Shown here: in pieces, positions 1 through 10,993 of the stretch
Layout: each line of letters opens with the position of its first letter
Numbering within the stretch: position 1 is the first letter of the stretch
NCBI GenBank assembly: GCA_047975285.1
Contig: JBKEDG010000061.1
Span: 8,808 to 72,807, forward strand
DNA: 64,000 nt
Direction: 5' to 3'
From: Bacilli bacterium
GTDB taxonomy: Bacteria; Bacillota_I; Bacilli_A; JBKEDG01
Translations under genes and position numbers: made by a program
Notes under the pieces: generated by a model
The model's database searches: none
The model's input: only the letters and a program-made list of their open reading frames with translations
Told to the model about the DNA's origin: nothing

Positions 1-903
1 TTTTAATTTGTATGCTTCAAAATCTACATAGTTTACTTCTCCGCATATAATACTAACACACACATTATATATGTTACTTTGATATAGTTCTACTGCATAG
101 TGTCCCATCGCTGTTGCAATACGTCGATCATAAGCAGATGGAACTCCACCACGTTGAATATGCCCTAATGTAACCTTATTAACTTTCATATTTGTATTTT
201 CAGTTATTATATCGCCAAGTAAATTGATATTCATAAAATTCTCACTTAAAATTACAATTGAGTGCGATTTATGTTTGTTCTCAGTCGCTGTTAACATTTT
301 AATAAATTTATTTTTATCAAATCCTGTTTCACAAGTAATCACAACTTCAGCACCACATGCCAATCCAGAACTAAGAGCAATATCACCATTATATCTACCC
401 ATCACTTCAATAACACTTGCTCTTCTGTGTGAAGTAGAAGTATCTCTTATTTTATCAATTGCTTCTACTGCAGTATTAATTGCAGTATCATAACCAATTG
501 TATAATCAGTTCCCAAAATATCATTATCAATTGTTCCTGGTATATTTATAACTTTTACTCCTAATTTTGAAAGTAGCATTCCACCTTGATAACTTCCGTT
601 CCCTCCAATTACAAATAAAACATCTATACCAAGAATTTGTAAATTTTTTGCAGCTATTTTAGCATACCTTTCATCACAAAATTCAGGAAATCGTGCTGAT
701 TTTAAAATAGTACCACCTCTATTAATAATTTCTGCAACGTTTTTTCTAGTTAAACTTCTGATTTTATTATTACATAGCCCATAGAACCCTTCATAAACAC
801 CATATATTTCATACTCATCATGCAAAGCTTTTCGTACAATTGCTCTTAAGCATGCATTCATTCCTGGTGAATCTCCTCCACTAGTTAAAACTGCCATTTT
901 CAT
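1..903 (-). CDS. pfkA: ATP-dependent 6-phosphofructokinase (3' end runs off window)
   Basis: Not in ORF track; manual translation from ATG at 903 gives MKMAVLTSGGDSPGMNACLRAIV...GGTILKSARF...GGNGS...PGTIDNDI; RBS AAGGAGG; follows dnaE as is typical in Bacilli. Confidence 0.95.
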   Translation of the reverse strand, partial: MKMAVLTSGGDSPGMNACLRAIVRKALHDEYEIYGVYEGFYGLCNNKIRSLTRKNVAEIINRGGTILKSARFPEFCDERYAKIAAKNLQILGIDVLFVIGGNGSYQGGMLLSKLGVKVINIPGTIDNDILGTDYTIGYDTAINTAVEAIDKIRDTSTSHRRASVIEVMGRYNGDIALSSGLACGAEVVITCETGFDKNKFIKMLTATENKHKSHSIVILSENFMNINLLGDIITENTNMKVNKVTLGHIQRGGVPSAYDRRIATAMGHYAVELYQSNIYNVCVSIICGEVNYVDFEAYKLK

Positions 904-905
904 AA

Positions 906-3869
906 TTACTCCTCCTTTACTTTAAAATTATTTATAATTAGTTGAAGATTATCATTTCTAACTTCTACTTTACCATCTGCGTATATTAATGTACCAATTT
1001 CCACATTTAAACTATTATAGGCTTTTGGGAATAACACGCATTCAATTGTTCCATACATATCACTGCAATTTAAAAAAGCCATATTTTCACCCCTTTTAGT
1101 TTTAATTTCACGGTAACTTTCTATATATAAAATCATTTTTACATTACGTCTCTCATTACTACTAATATTGAGTGTATTAACTTCTAACAGTTCAGCGTAG
1201 GCGCTAGTTGGATGAGTACTAAAATTAAATCCTAATACCTTTCTTTCATTTAAAACTAACTCACTTTTTTTAAATTCATCTCTAGAAATAAAATACATTT
1301 CATCTGAGAGACCATTTTCTAGATAATCTGGAAACGAATTAACAACATCTATTATACCACTTATTGAATGAATTTGTACACTCTTATAGTTGAAATCAAT
1401 ACTTTCAAACGCACAAGCATAGATTAAATTCTCAATTACATTTTCCCTAATTCCTTTTTTTGCAGTTCTGACAATAAAATCTTTTAAACTTGTGTAATTG
1501 CCAGATTTTCTTTCCTCTACAATTATGTTGCTCAACTTCTCATTTATCCCCTTTACAATAGTTAAGGGTAAAATAACTTCATTTTTTTTCAAACAAAAGT
1601 TGCTCTCACTTCTATTAATATCAATCCCAATCACATTTAAATTATTTCTTCTACATTCATTAATATATTCAAACACCTTATGATTACTAGAAATAGCACT
1701 ATTTAGTAACACACACATAAAATACTTAAAGAAATACGTTTTTAAATATGCAAGTGAAAATCCAATGTGACTGTAACTAACTGAATGAGCTTTATTAAAC
1801 CCATAATCTGCAAATTTTAATATTAAGTTGTATATTTCCTCAACAATATTATAATCATAACCTAATTCAACTGCAGATTTAATAAAATCATCTTTTAAAT
1901 ATAACAGTTTTTCGTAATTCTTTTTAGCCATAGCACTTCTCATTATATCGGCTTTAGCATAAGAAAATCCGGCAATTTTCCTTGCTATCTCCATTATTTG
2001 TTCTTGATATACAATTATCCCATAAGTTTCTTCTAAAATATTTTTCAAATCATCATGAATGTATGAAAATTTCTTTCCATTTCTACGTAATATATATTCA
2101 TCAATATTATCCATAGGTCCTGGTCTATGAAGAGCGTTTGCAACAACTAAATCATTGAAACTATTAGGCTTCAAATTTCTTAATAGTTTCTTCATACCTT
2201 CACTTTCAAACTGAAAAATCCCTAGAGTATTACCTTCACAAAATAATTTAAGCACATTTTTATCGTCTAAATTTATTTTGTTAAAATCAACAACTTCTCC
2301 TTCATTCTCACAAATAATTTCAACTGTCGATTTTAATATTGATAAATTTCTTAATCCTAGAAAATCCATCTTAATTAACCCTATTCTTTCAAGATAATCC
2401 ATACTACTAGAAATTGTAACAACATTCCCATTTTCAATATAACCAATTGTTTGACTTAGATTGTTAGAAGAAATTACAATTCCTGCTGGGTGTACACTTT
2501 CATGCCTTATTAGACCTTCTAATTTTAATGCATATTTGTATATTCTTTCATTATCAACATCAGAATTTACAAGCATTTTAAATTTATCATTTTTTTTATA
2601 ATTATCAATTAATGATAAATTTGAATCTAAATGTTCTGAAAAGTATTTAATGTCTGCGCTGTTTTTACCGAATGCTTTTGCGCAATCTCTTATTACTTGT
2701 TTGCTTTTAAAAGTAACAAAAGTTGCTATTGCTCCAACATTTTCTTCACCATATTTTTTCACAACATGCTTGACAACTTCATCTCTTTTCACATCTTCAA
2801 AATCAACATCAATATCTGGCCATGAAATACGTTCAGGATTCAAAAAACGTTCAAATATTAGGTTGTATTTAAGTGGATCAATATCCGTAATCCCCAGCAC
2901 ATAGGAAACGAGACTTCCAGCCGCACTTCCTCTGCCTGGACCTACAGCAATATTATTATTTTTAGCATACTTAACATAATCGAATACAATTAAAAAGTAG
3001 TCTAAAAAGCCCATATTGTTAATAATAGATAATTCATATTTTAAACGATCAACATATTTATCATCAAAGTTTGGCACTCTAATTGATAAACCTTTTTTAC
3101 ATAAAGAACTAAGATAATCATAACTATCATAATTTGCAGAATAAATTGGAACAGTTTTATCAGAAGGAATTTTTATGTCACACATTGCAATGAGCATTTT
3201 ATTATTTTCAATGTATTCAGCCTTCATTTCATGCTTAAAATCATCAAATTTAAACCCACAGTATTCTATACCACGCTCAGTACGTAGGTATTTCTCTTTA
3301 TTCCTAATTGAACAAAGCAAATTATAATACTTTTGATTATTAATTCCATTGTATCTTATTTCATTTCCATAAAGTTTCTTCAAATTAAACTTCAAGCAAA
3401 ACTCATTTGTTGATGTATTATTGTAATTACTTATAAAAAATATTTCTCCAAAATAATTTTTTAAATTATCAATAAATTCCGTACAATCATTATAACTACA
3501 AAAACTATCATAAACTTTGCTACTTTCATTTAAAATACAAATTAAGTTCCTTGAATTTTTAAATAACGTTTTATATGTTAATTCGTTTTTATTAACTAAT
3601 GTTGTAAGAAAGAAAATGTTTTTTAATCCATCGTAGTTCTTTGCATATAAAATATACGAGTCATTAAGAAAATTTAACTCAACACCAAGAAGTGGTTTAA
3701 GTCTTCCTGCTTTAAAATATAGTTCCGTCAATCCATATGTAGAGTTTTTATCACACAAAGCAACAGCGCTAAAATTATTATCAATTGAAAATTCAATAAT
3801 ATCTTCAATTGATAATAAACTTCTTAAAAAAGTGTAATGACTTTTAATGTTTAAATATGCATATTCCAT
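906..3869 (-). CDS. dnaE: DNA polymerase III alpha subunit (DnaE)
   Basis: GPGRGSAAGSLVSY, FERFLNPER, PDIDVDF, YGFNKAHS motifs, C-terminal OB fold; start moved to ATG 3869 (RBS AAGGAAGG). Confidence 0.97.
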   Translation of the reverse strand: MEYAYLNIKSHYTFLRSLLSIEDIIEFSIDNNFSAVALCDKNSTYGLTELYFKAGRLKPLLGVELNFLNDSYILYAKNYDGLKNIFFLTTLVNKNELTYKTLFKNSRNLICILNESSKVYDSFCSYNDCTEFIDNLKNYFGEIFFISNYNNTSTNEFCLKFNLKKLYGNEIRYNGINNQKYYNLLCSIRNKEKYLRTERGIEYCGFKFDDFKHEMKAEYIENNKMLIAMCDIKIPSDKTVPIYSANYDSYDYLSSLCKKGLSIRVPNFDDKYVDRLKYELSIINNMGFLDYFLIVFDYVKYAKNNNIAVGPGRGSAAGSLVSYVLGITDIDPLKYNLIFERFLNPERISWPDIDVDFEDVKRDEVVKHVVKKYGEENVGAIATFVTFKSKQVIRDCAKAFGKNSADIKYFSEHLDSNLSLIDNYKKNDKFKMLVNSDVDNERIYKYALKLEGLIRHESVHPAGIVISSNNLSQTIGYIENGNVVTISSSMDYLERIGLIKMDFLGLRNLSILKSTVEIICENEGEVVDFNKINLDDKNVLKLFCEGNTLGIFQFESEGMKKLLRNLKPNSFNDLVVANALHRPGPMDNIDEYILRRNGKKFSYIHDDLKNILEETYGIIVYQEQIMEIARKIAGFSYAKADIMRSAMAKKNYEKLLYLKDDFIKSAVELGYDYNIVEEIYNLILKFADYGFNKAHSVSYSHIGFSLAYLKTYFFKYFMCVLLNSAISSNHKVFEYINECRRNNLNVIGIDINRSESNFCLKKNEVILPLTIVKGINEKLSNIIVEERKSGNYTSLKDFIVRTAKKGIRENVIENLIYACAFESIDFNYKSVQIHSISGIIDVVNSFPDYLENGLSDEMYFISRDEFKKSELVLNERKVLGFNFSTHPTSAYAELLEVNTLNISSNERRNVKMILYIESYREIKTKRGENMAFLNCSDMYGTIECVLFPKAYNSLNVEIGTLIYADGKVEVRNDNLQLIINNFKVKEE

Positions 3870-3899
3870 AAAACCTTCCTTATTAAACAAAAGAAAAGT

Positions 3900-5993
3900 C
3901 TAAGACTTTTCTTGAACAATTGCTTCTTTAACCATAGCTGATTTCTTACTTAAATCTATACGTCCTCTATCGTCTATTTTAATTACTTTTGCACTAAATA
4001 CATCACCAATTTTGACAACTTTTTCAACTTTTTCAACACGTTTATGCGCAAGTTGAGAAATATGAACCATTCCTTCACAACCATCCCAAAGTCTAACAAA
4101 AGCACCAAATTTCTCAATTCGTATAACCTCTACATCATAGAATTCTCCAACATTCGCAGTTCGAGTTAGGTTTTCAATTATTTCAACAGCTTTATTAATT
4201 GATTCATAGTTAGTATGATAGATAATAACTCTTCCATCATCTTCTATATCAATTTTAACATCATCACAATTTTCAATAATTTTTGTAATTGTTTCTCCTC
4301 CACGACCAATAACATCTTTAATTTTATCAATAGGTATCATAATTTGTCTAATTTTAGGTGCAAATTTACTCAATTCTTCTTTAGGATCAGAAATTGCACC
4401 TACCATATTATCAAGAATTTCAAGTCTACCAGTTTTAGCTTGTAAAAGTGCTTGAGATAAAATCTCTCTGCTTAATCCCATGATTTTTATATCCATTTGT
4501 AATGCAACAATACCATTCTTTGTCCCAGCAACTTTAAAATCCATATCACCTAAATGATCTTCCAAACCTTGTATATCGCTAAGAACACGATGTTTATTTC
4601 CATCACTAATCAAACCCATAGCAATACCTGCAACTGGTGCTTTGATGGGAACTCCCGCCGCCATAAGCGACATACATCCAGCACATATACTTGCTTGAGA
4701 AGTACTACCATTACTTTCAAGTATTTCACTAACTACTCTAATTGTGTATGGAAATTCTTCTTCTGATGGTAGAATTTGCAATAATGCACGTTCACCTAGT
4801 GCCCCATGGCCGACTTCTCTTCTTCCTGGTGCTCCATATCTCCCAGTCTCTCCTACACTAAATGCAGGAAAATTATAATGTAACATAAATCTTTTTTGGT
4901 CTTCCACACCAAGTCCATCAATAATTTGATATTCTCTAAGTGTTCCTAGTGTTGTAATACTCAAACATTGCGTTTGACCTCTTGTAAATAATGAACTACC
5001 ATGAACCCTAGGAAGGATATCTATTTGTGAATCTAAGTTACGGATTTCATTTAATTTTCTACCATCAACTCTTACTGATTCTTCTAAAACTTTTCTTCTC
5101 ATTTCATCCTTAACTAAATTATCGATAATTTTTTGAATATCAGAATGAAAATCAGCCTCGTAATTAGTTAAAACTCTAACTTTTAAATCATTAATATTAT
5201 TATTTCTAGTTTCTTTATCAAATTCTTTTAAAATATCTTTTACTTCTTCCAGAACACTTGCACTTAGTTTTTTTTCCAATTCAGCGTCAATCGTATTAAC
5301 ACAATATTCCATTTTATCTACAATGTTGTCAGAAATTATTTTTTCTTGGAATTCAATCAAAGTCTTGATAGCTTCATGACCAAACATAATTGCATCTAAC
5401 ATAATATCTTCTGTAACTTCTTTTGCTCCTGCTTCAACCATATTTATAGCTTCCTTAGTCCCAGCTACTGTCAAGTCAATCTCACTTTTTTCCAACTGAG
5501 CCGGTGTGGGATTGATAATAAAATTCCCATCTACAAGTCCAACAACAACCCCTGCAATTGGTCCTAAAAATGGTAATGGGGACAACATAAGTGCTAAACT
5601 TGAGCCAAACATTGCTGACATTTCAGGACTGTGATCAGTATCCACACTCATTACAGTACTTACAACTTGCACATCATATTTAAATCCCTTGGGAAATAAC
5701 GGACGGATTGGTCTGTCAATTAATCTAGCTGTAAGCGTAGCATTTTCACTAGGTCTACCCTCACGCTTTATAAACCCTCCTGGAATTTTACCAGCAGAAT
5801 ACAATTTTTCTTGATATAATACCATCAAAGGAAAGAAATCTACAGTAGCAGGAGAAGAAGAAGAGGCACCAACACTTAATACAGCAGTATCCCCATATCT
5901 AATAAAAGCACTACCAGCTGCCTGCTTAGCCATTTCACCTAACTCAACAACTAATTTCTTTCCATAAAATTCTAATTCATACGTTTTCTTCAT
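3900..5993 (-). CDS. pnp: Polyribonucleotide nucleotidyltransferase (PNPase)
   Basis: [43 protein letters not shown] and S1 domains. Confidence 0.98.
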   Translation of the reverse strand: MKKTYELEFYGKKLVVELGEMAKQAAGSAFIRYGDTAVLSVGASSSSPATVDFFPLMVLYQEKLYSAGKIPGGFIKREGRPSENATLTARLIDRPIRPLFPKGFKYDVQVVSTVMSVDTDHSPEMSAMFGSSLALMLSPLPFLGPIAGVVVGLVDGNFIINPTPAQLEKSEIDLTVAGTKEAINMVEAGAKEVTEDIMLDAIMFGHEAIKTLIEFQEKIISDNIVDKMEYCVNTIDAELEKKLSASVLEEVKDILKEFDKETRNNNINDLKVRVLTNYEADFHSDIQKIIDNLVKDEMRRKVLEESVRVDGRKLNEIRNLDSQIDILPRVHGSSLFTRGQTQCLSITTLGTLREYQIIDGLGVEDQKRFMLHYNFPAFSVGETGRYGAPGRREVGHGALGERALLQILPSEEEFPYTIRVVSEILESNGSTSQASICAGCMSLMAAGVPIKAPVAGIAMGLISDGNKHRVLSDIQGLEDHLGDMDFKVAGTKNGIVALQMDIKIMGLSREILSQALLQAKTGRLEILDNMVGAISDPKEELSKFAPKIRQIMIPIDKIKDVIGRGGETITKIIENCDDVKIDIEDDGRVIIYHTNYESINKAVEIIENLTRTANVGEFYDVEVIRIEKFGAFVRLWDGCEGMVHISQLAHKRVEKVEKVVKIGDVFSAKVIKIDDRGRIDLSKKSAMVKEAIVQEKS

Positions 5994-6127
5994 TATATAC
6001 CTCTTTTCTATATTATTTTACCATAATTTGAGTGCAAATAAAATACATACAATAATATATTTTCTACAAACAATTAAAAGTTTCGTAATTTAAGTGACAA
6101 AATAAAAAGAGTGTATAACACTCCAGA

Positions 6128-6721
6128 TTATATAAATGACTTAATAGCAAGTAATATTAAAATCACTCCTCCTAATAATTCAAATTTTTTTTCAAAGCCT
6201 CTTTTTACTAAAGAACCCGAGTTTACGCCTAACAACGACAATATAAATGTTATTAAACCTATTAATATAATCGTATATAAAAAATCAATATTCAAACTTT
6301 TAATGATCAACCCTGCACATAAAGCATCAATGCTAGTAGCAATAGAAAATTTAAGCAAAAGTCTATTACTTAAAACTCTACTCTTACCTGTTCTTTTACA
6401 AATTTTATTATTACAAGTTCCATCACATACAATATTTTCACATTGATTAGGAGCATTTGAAAATGAGTCATAAATCATTTTACAACCTAATAACATTAAA
6501 AATAATGTTCCAAGTATATTAATGACAAGACTATATTTTTTTACAAATGGTAAAATCAAAGTTCCACCAATAAGTGGCATTAAAAATTGAAAAAAACCAA
6601 AAGAAATAGCAACCTTAAATCTATCATATTTTGAAGTTACAGTAGAAGATAATCCCAAAGTAACTGATGTTGTAAAAGCGTCCATAGCTAAAGAAATAGC
6701 TAAAATTATTGAGTATCCCAA
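6128..6721 (-). CDS. mntP: Manganese efflux pump MntP family
   Basis: LAMDAF, FGFFQFLMP, ATSIDAL, ELLGGVILI motifs; TTG start with GGAGG RBS. Confidence 0.85.
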   Translation of the reverse strand: MGYSIILAISLAMDAFTTSVTLGLSSTVTSKYDRFKVAISFGFFQFLMPLIGGTLILPFVKKYSLVINILGTLFLMLLGCKMIYDSFSNAPNQCENIVCDGTCNNKICKRTGKSRVLSNRLLLKFSIATSIDALCAGLIIKSLNIDFLYTIILIGLITFILSLLGVNSGSLVKRGFEKKFELLGGVILILLAIKSFI

Positions 6722-6739
6722 ATTATGCCCTCCAAATAT

Positions 6740-7489
6740 TTATGATGTTATAGCATAAATAATTATTAGTAAAACACCAGCAACCTTTTTTGACAAAGGT
6801 AAGCTAGCCTTTGCTACAAATTTGGCCGCAAAATACGCACCAACTATCGAAAAGATTCCACTTAACATAATTGCTTTAATTGGTATGAGATCCATATGTG
6901 GAAAATGTGAAATAGCACCAGATAATGCAGTGAAAGTCATAATAAAAACACTTGTTCCAACCGCTTCTTTCATATCATATTTTAATATAATCATTAGAAT
7001 CGCAAGAATTATCATTCCTCCGCCAGCACCTATATAACCACATATACATCCAATTATAAAACCTAGAATAATTTTAATAATAAGCTCATTTTTACTAGTT
7101 GAACCACTACTAACATCTTTGGGAGCATCTTCAGCTGTCCAAAGAAATCTAATTCCAATAACAAGTGTAACAATTACACTTATTGATGATAAAGTATTTC
7201 CTTCAACAAAACTTGCCATATAACTACCTAAAACACTCCCGAGAGAAGCGAAGATTACCATGGGAATAGCTGACTTTACTCTAATAAGTTTATTTTTAGC
7301 ATAAGTGAATGCACTAATACTTGAAGCAAAGACATCTGTAGCCAGCGCAATAGAAATAGCAGTATAATCATCCATTCCAAGCGCTGTTACAAAAATTGGT
7401 GTAATTACAACTGCTGCACTCGCAACTACAAGTCCAGTAACAACACCTGCTAAAATTCCACCTATAATTATTGTAATAATTTCTTGCAT
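6740..7489 (-). CDS. Sulfite exporter TauE/SafE family membrane protein
   Basis: About 8 TM helices, two-repeat architecture, GYIGAGGG and AVGTS motifs. Confidence 0.8.
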   Translation of the reverse strand: MQEIITIIIGGILAGVVTGLVVASAAVVITPIFVTALGMDDYTAISIALATDVFASSISAFTYAKNKLIRVKSAIPMVIFASLGSVLGSYMASFVEGNTLSSISVIVTLVIGIRFLWTAEDAPKDVSSGSTSKNELIIKIILGFIIGCICGYIGAGGGMIILAILMIILKYDMKEAVGTSVFIMTFTALSGAISHFPHMDLIPIKAIMLSGIFSIVGAYFAAKFVAKASLPLSKKVAGVLLIIIYAITS

Positions 7490-7521
7490 TTTAACCTCCT
7501 AGAATCAATATAAATAGTTAT

Positions 7522-7734
7522 CTATTTATATTGATTCATTGATTTCATAATTTGTTTTACATGTTTTTGAGAAGCCGGTCTTCCCATTTGTCTGAGCATC
7601 GCTTTAATCATCTCTTCGTTAACAGGCGGATTATCTTTTAATTGTTTCTCAAATAATTTCTTTGAAACAATAAATCCAATAATTAATCCTACGATTAAGG
7701 CAACACCCATAAAAATATACGCTTGTACACTCAT
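7522..7734 (-). CDS. yneF: YneF family (UPF0154) small membrane protein
   Basis: TM helix then KQLKDNPPVNEEMIKAMLRQMGRPAS; conserved position downstream of tkt. Confidence 0.9.
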   Translation of the reverse strand: MSVQAYIFMGVALIVGLIIGFIVSKKLFEKQLKDNPPVNEEMIKAMLRQMGRPASQKHVKQIMKSMNQYK

Positions 7735-7735
7735 T

Positions 7736-9709
7736 CTATTCACAACCCTTTCTATCACACGTTTTTATAATTTCATATGTAATGCTATCTTTATCAAAGC
7801 CAAAATGATTAATCACATCTTTTGCTGGACCACTTAAGCCAAAATTATCAATTGAGAATATAAGTCCATCTAATCCAACATATTGATGATAACTATATGC
7901 AGATGACATCTCAATTGAAACTCTTTTCCTGCAATCTGGCAATAAAATACTATCAATATATTCTTTTGACTGTGAATTAAATATTTCCATGCATAACATA
8001 CTGACAACATTATACTTAATATTAGATTCGTCTAATTTATCACTAACATCAATAGCTAAACTAAGCTCTGAGCCACTTGAAATTATTATTCCATCAGGAT
8101 TTTCATAAGATTTTACCAAATATGCACCCTTTGTAGCATTTCCATAACTAGTATATTCTTCAAGGTTAGGTAAATCTTGCCTAGATAAAATAATTGCAGA
8201 CGGATTTTGCTTATTTAATGCTAATTTATAACTAGCAATAACTTCTTTTAAGTCTGCTGGTCTAAACACATCAATATTTGGTGTACTTCTTAACATAATT
8301 AATTGCTCTACAGGCTCATGAGTTGGTCCATCTTCTCCAACCGCAATACTATCATGTGTAAATGTATAGATAGTAGGTATATTCATTAAAGCAGACATTC
8401 TAATAGCAGGTTTTAAGTAGTCACTGAAAACAAAAAATCCTGATACAATTGCATTAAATCCACTGTGAAGAACTATTCCATTGGCAATTGCTCCCATGGC
8501 ATGCTCTCGCACACCAAATTTTAAATTTCTTCCTTCTCGATTTTCCATAGAAAAATCGCCGTCATTACCAATCACCTTAGTACTTCCGCTAAGATCAGCA
8601 CTACCTGCAAAAACATTTAACATATTATAACTTATTTCTGTAAGAACTTTCCCACCAAGAACTCTTGAAGCAGATTTATCATAGTCTCTATACTTGTTAT
8701 AAATCCCTTCAAAATCACACTCGTAATTATGAGAAATATAATTTAACAAGTTCACATATGTATCTTCATCTTCCCTTTTCATTGTATCTAAATGTTCATT
8801 CCAAACCATGTATTTATTTATACTACGTTCTCTAAATGTATCTTTAAAATGAAAATAAACATCTTCATCAACTTCGAACCTAGCTAGATTATACCCAAGT
8901 TTATTCATTGCTGTAACTGAGTCTTCAACTCCAAAAGGAGCTCCATGAGCAGCACATTGACCTTCATATTTTGATTTATATCCTATTCTTGTTTTAATTT
9001 CAATTATTGTGGGCTTAGAAGTTTCTGATTTCGCTTGGTTTATAGCTTCATCTATACTTTCAACACAATTACCATCATTTACAAGAAGATATTGCCAGTT
9101 CATTGCCTCATATTTAGTACGAGTACACTCTTTATTAACAAGACTCACTTCACTATCTAACTGAATATCATTTGAATCATACAGCACAATTAAGGAACCT
9201 AATTGTTGCACACCAGCAAATGAAATCGCTTCTTGCGTCACTCCCTCTTGCAAGTCACCATCACCACACAAAACATAAGTATGATGATTTATTACACGAT
9301 TTTTTTTTCTTAAAAACTCTTCAGCAACTGCCATCCCAACTCCCATAGCTATTCCTTGACCAAGTGGTCCACTAGTAGCATCAACACCAGGTGTATGTAA
9401 GTACTCTGGATGCCCTGGAGTCTTTGATTTTAGTTGTCTAAAATTCTTCAAATCATCAATAGATAAATTGTAACCCACTAAATGCAACATCGCATAATAA
9501 AGAGCAGAACCATGACCAGCAGCCATAATAAATCTATCTCTATTCACCCAAAACAAATCATCTACATTGGCATGAAGATGCCTTGAATAAAGTGTATACA
9601 TTATTGGAGCAGCACCAAGAACAATTCCAGGATGACCACTCTTTGCTTCATCAATCATTGCTAACCCTAAAGATCGCATTGTATTTATACTTTTATTTTC
9701 TATAGTCAT
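7736..9709 (-). CDS. tkt: Transketolase
   Basis: SGHPG, TPGHPE, GDGDLQEG TPP motif, FGVREHAM, GEDGPTH. Confidence 0.98.
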   Translation of the reverse strand: MTIENKSINTMRSLGLAMIDEAKSGHPGIVLGAAPIMYTLYSRHLHANVDDLFWVNRDRFIMAAGHGSALYYAMLHLVGYNLSIDDLKNFRQLKSKTPGHPEYLHTPGVDATSGPLGQGIAMGVGMAVAEEFLRKKNRVINHHTYVLCGDGDLQEGVTQEAISFAGVQQLGSLIVLYDSNDIQLDSEVSLVNKECTRTKYEAMNWQYLLVNDGNCVESIDEAINQAKSETSKPTIIEIKTRIGYKSKYEGQCAAHGAPFGVEDSVTAMNKLGYNLARFEVDEDVYFHFKDTFRERSINKYMVWNEHLDTMKREDEDTYVNLLNYISHNYECDFEGIYNKYRDYDKSASRVLGGKVLTEISYNMLNVFAGSADLSGSTKVIGNDGDFSMENREGRNLKFGVREHAMGAIANGIVLHSGFNAIVSGFFVFSDYLKPAIRMSALMNIPTIYTFTHDSIAVGEDGPTHEPVEQLIMLRSTPNIDVFRPADLKEVIASYKLALNKQNPSAIILSRQDLPNLEEYTSYGNATKGAYLVKSYENPDGIIISSGSELSLAIDVSDKLDESNIKYNVVSMLCMEIFNSQSKEYIDSILLPDCRKRVSIEMSSAYSYHQYVGLDGLIFSIDNFGLSGPAKDVINHFGFDKDSITYEIIKTCDRKGCE

Positions 9710-10027
9710 ATTTACCTCCTACTATAATATTATACCATAATTAAATAATTTTTAGAATACATCTATTTATATAGAGTATACAAATTTTGTTAGGGTAAAT
9801 ATATTAGACTTAAATTTGATAATAATTATCTACATCAATTGAATATCAGGCATTACGCTTGTAAATAGTGTAGCTATTTTTCATCAAAATGTAATTAATA
9901 GTAAATAAATTTACAAGCATTTTAAACATTTTTATCCTTTAATTACATCAAATAAATGATTGGACTGAGACTCTCCCTCAATGAACCTAATCTTGTTTGA
10001 CTTACTTCATTTTTTGTTACAAATATT

Positions 10028-10201
10028 CTAGTCATTAAAATTTAAATTTGATAATTCAATATTTGAGTCATCGCGATAGTCACTTAATGTCATTCCCCTA
10101 CTTTTTAAATCCTGAAAGCTTACTAGCAAAATCCCAATAACAACAATACATATAAACATACTACACACAATTGATTCTTCACTTATTTTTTTAAAACTCA
10201 T
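10028..10201 (-). CDS. Small (57 aa) single-TM protein divergent from lexA; candidate SOS cell-division inhibitor
   Basis: ATG 10201 with GAGGTG RBS; hydrophobic IVCSMFICIVVIGILLVSF; SOS box inside its promoter; yneA/sosA position. Confidence 0.7.
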   Translation of the reverse strand: MSFKKISEESIVCSMFICIVVIGILLVSFQDLKSRGMTLSDYRDDSNIELSNLNFND

Positions 10202-10219
10202 TTCTATCACCTCAACACC

Positions 10220-10248
10220 ATAATAACACAAACAAATGTTCGTGTAAA
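10220..10248 (-). promoter_or_regulatory. SigA-type promoter of the small SOS gene
   Basis: Minus strand TTTACA-17 nt-TATTAT with extended TGn; SOS box 1 lies in the spacer. Confidence 0.7.
10229..10242. promoter_or_regulatory. LexA (SOS/Cheo) box 1
   Basis: CAAACAAATGTTCG, one mismatch to the Firmicute consensus CGAAC-N4-GTTCG. Confidence 0.9.
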
Positions 10249-10256
10249 GTATTCTG

Positions 10257-10270
10257 CGAACATTTGTTTG
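10257..10270. promoter_or_regulatory. LexA (SOS/Cheo) box 2
   Basis: CGAACATTTGTTTG, exact reverse complement of box 1; overlaps the lexA -35. Confidence 0.9.
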
Positions 10271-10296
10271 ATTTTATTAAATTTTTGTAGTATAAT
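10268..10296 (+). promoter_or_regulatory. SigA-type promoter of lexA
   Basis: TTGATT-17 nt-TATAAT upstream of AAGGAG RBS. Confidence 0.8.
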
Positions 10297-10316
10297 AAAT
10301 TTAAGGAGTTGATATA

Positions 10317-10937
10317 ATGAAAGCATTAACAGCAAAACAAAAACCAATCTATGAATTTATCAAAGAATATATAGAAAAAAAATCGTATCCACCTACTGTT
10401 AGAGAAATTGCGAAAGGAGTAAATTTATCTTCCACTTCTACTGTACATACTCACTTAAAAAATTTAGTAGCATTAGGATATATAAAAATGAACTCTTCAA
10501 AGAATAGAACTATTGAGATAGTTGAACAAAATTCTTCAGAAAAACTACCACTAAATAATATAGTTACTGTTCCTATTTTAGGAGTTGTAACAGCAGGGAA
10601 TCCTATTGAAGCAATAGAGAACCCTGACGACTATATTGATTTACCAAGTTATTTAATACCTAATAAATCTGAAGTTTTTACATTAAATGTAAAGGGAGAT
10701 AGTATGATCAATATAGGTGTATTTGATGGAGATATTGCAATTATAGAAAAAACTTCTAATGTACGTAATGGTGATCATGTTGTAGCAATGACTTCAGATT
10801 TTGAGGTTACTCTTAAAACATTTTATAAAGAAAAAAAGCACTTTCGTTTACAACCACAAAACGATTCTCTAGATCCAATTATATTATCTGAAGTTCAAGT
10901 TATTGGAAAATTAATTGGACTTTATAGAAAATACTAA
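10317..10937 (+). CDS. lexA: SOS repressor LexA
   Basis: YPPTVREI wHTH, VTAG cleavage site, GDSM catalytic Ser, TLK catalytic Lys. Confidence 0.98.
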   Translation: MKALTAKQKPIYEFIKEYIEKKSYPPTVREIAKGVNLSSTSTVHTHLKNLVALGYIKMNSSKNRTIEIVEQNSSEKLPLNNIVTVPILGVVTAGNPIEAIENPDDYIDLPSYLIPNKSEVFTLNVKGDSMINIGVFDGDIAIIEKTSNVRNGDHVVAMTSDFEVTLKTFYKEKKHFRLQPQNDSLDPIILSEVQVIGKLIGLYRKY

Positions 10938-10993
10938 TGAAAATATTTAACTAATTATTAATTTATGTTAATATATTAACAGGGGGAATTAAT

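Noticed and set aside
224-493. 89-aa plus-strand ORF
   Set aside because: Antisense shadow of pfkA.
6111-6446. 111-aa plus-strand ORF
   Set aside because: Antisense to mntP; no recognisable features.
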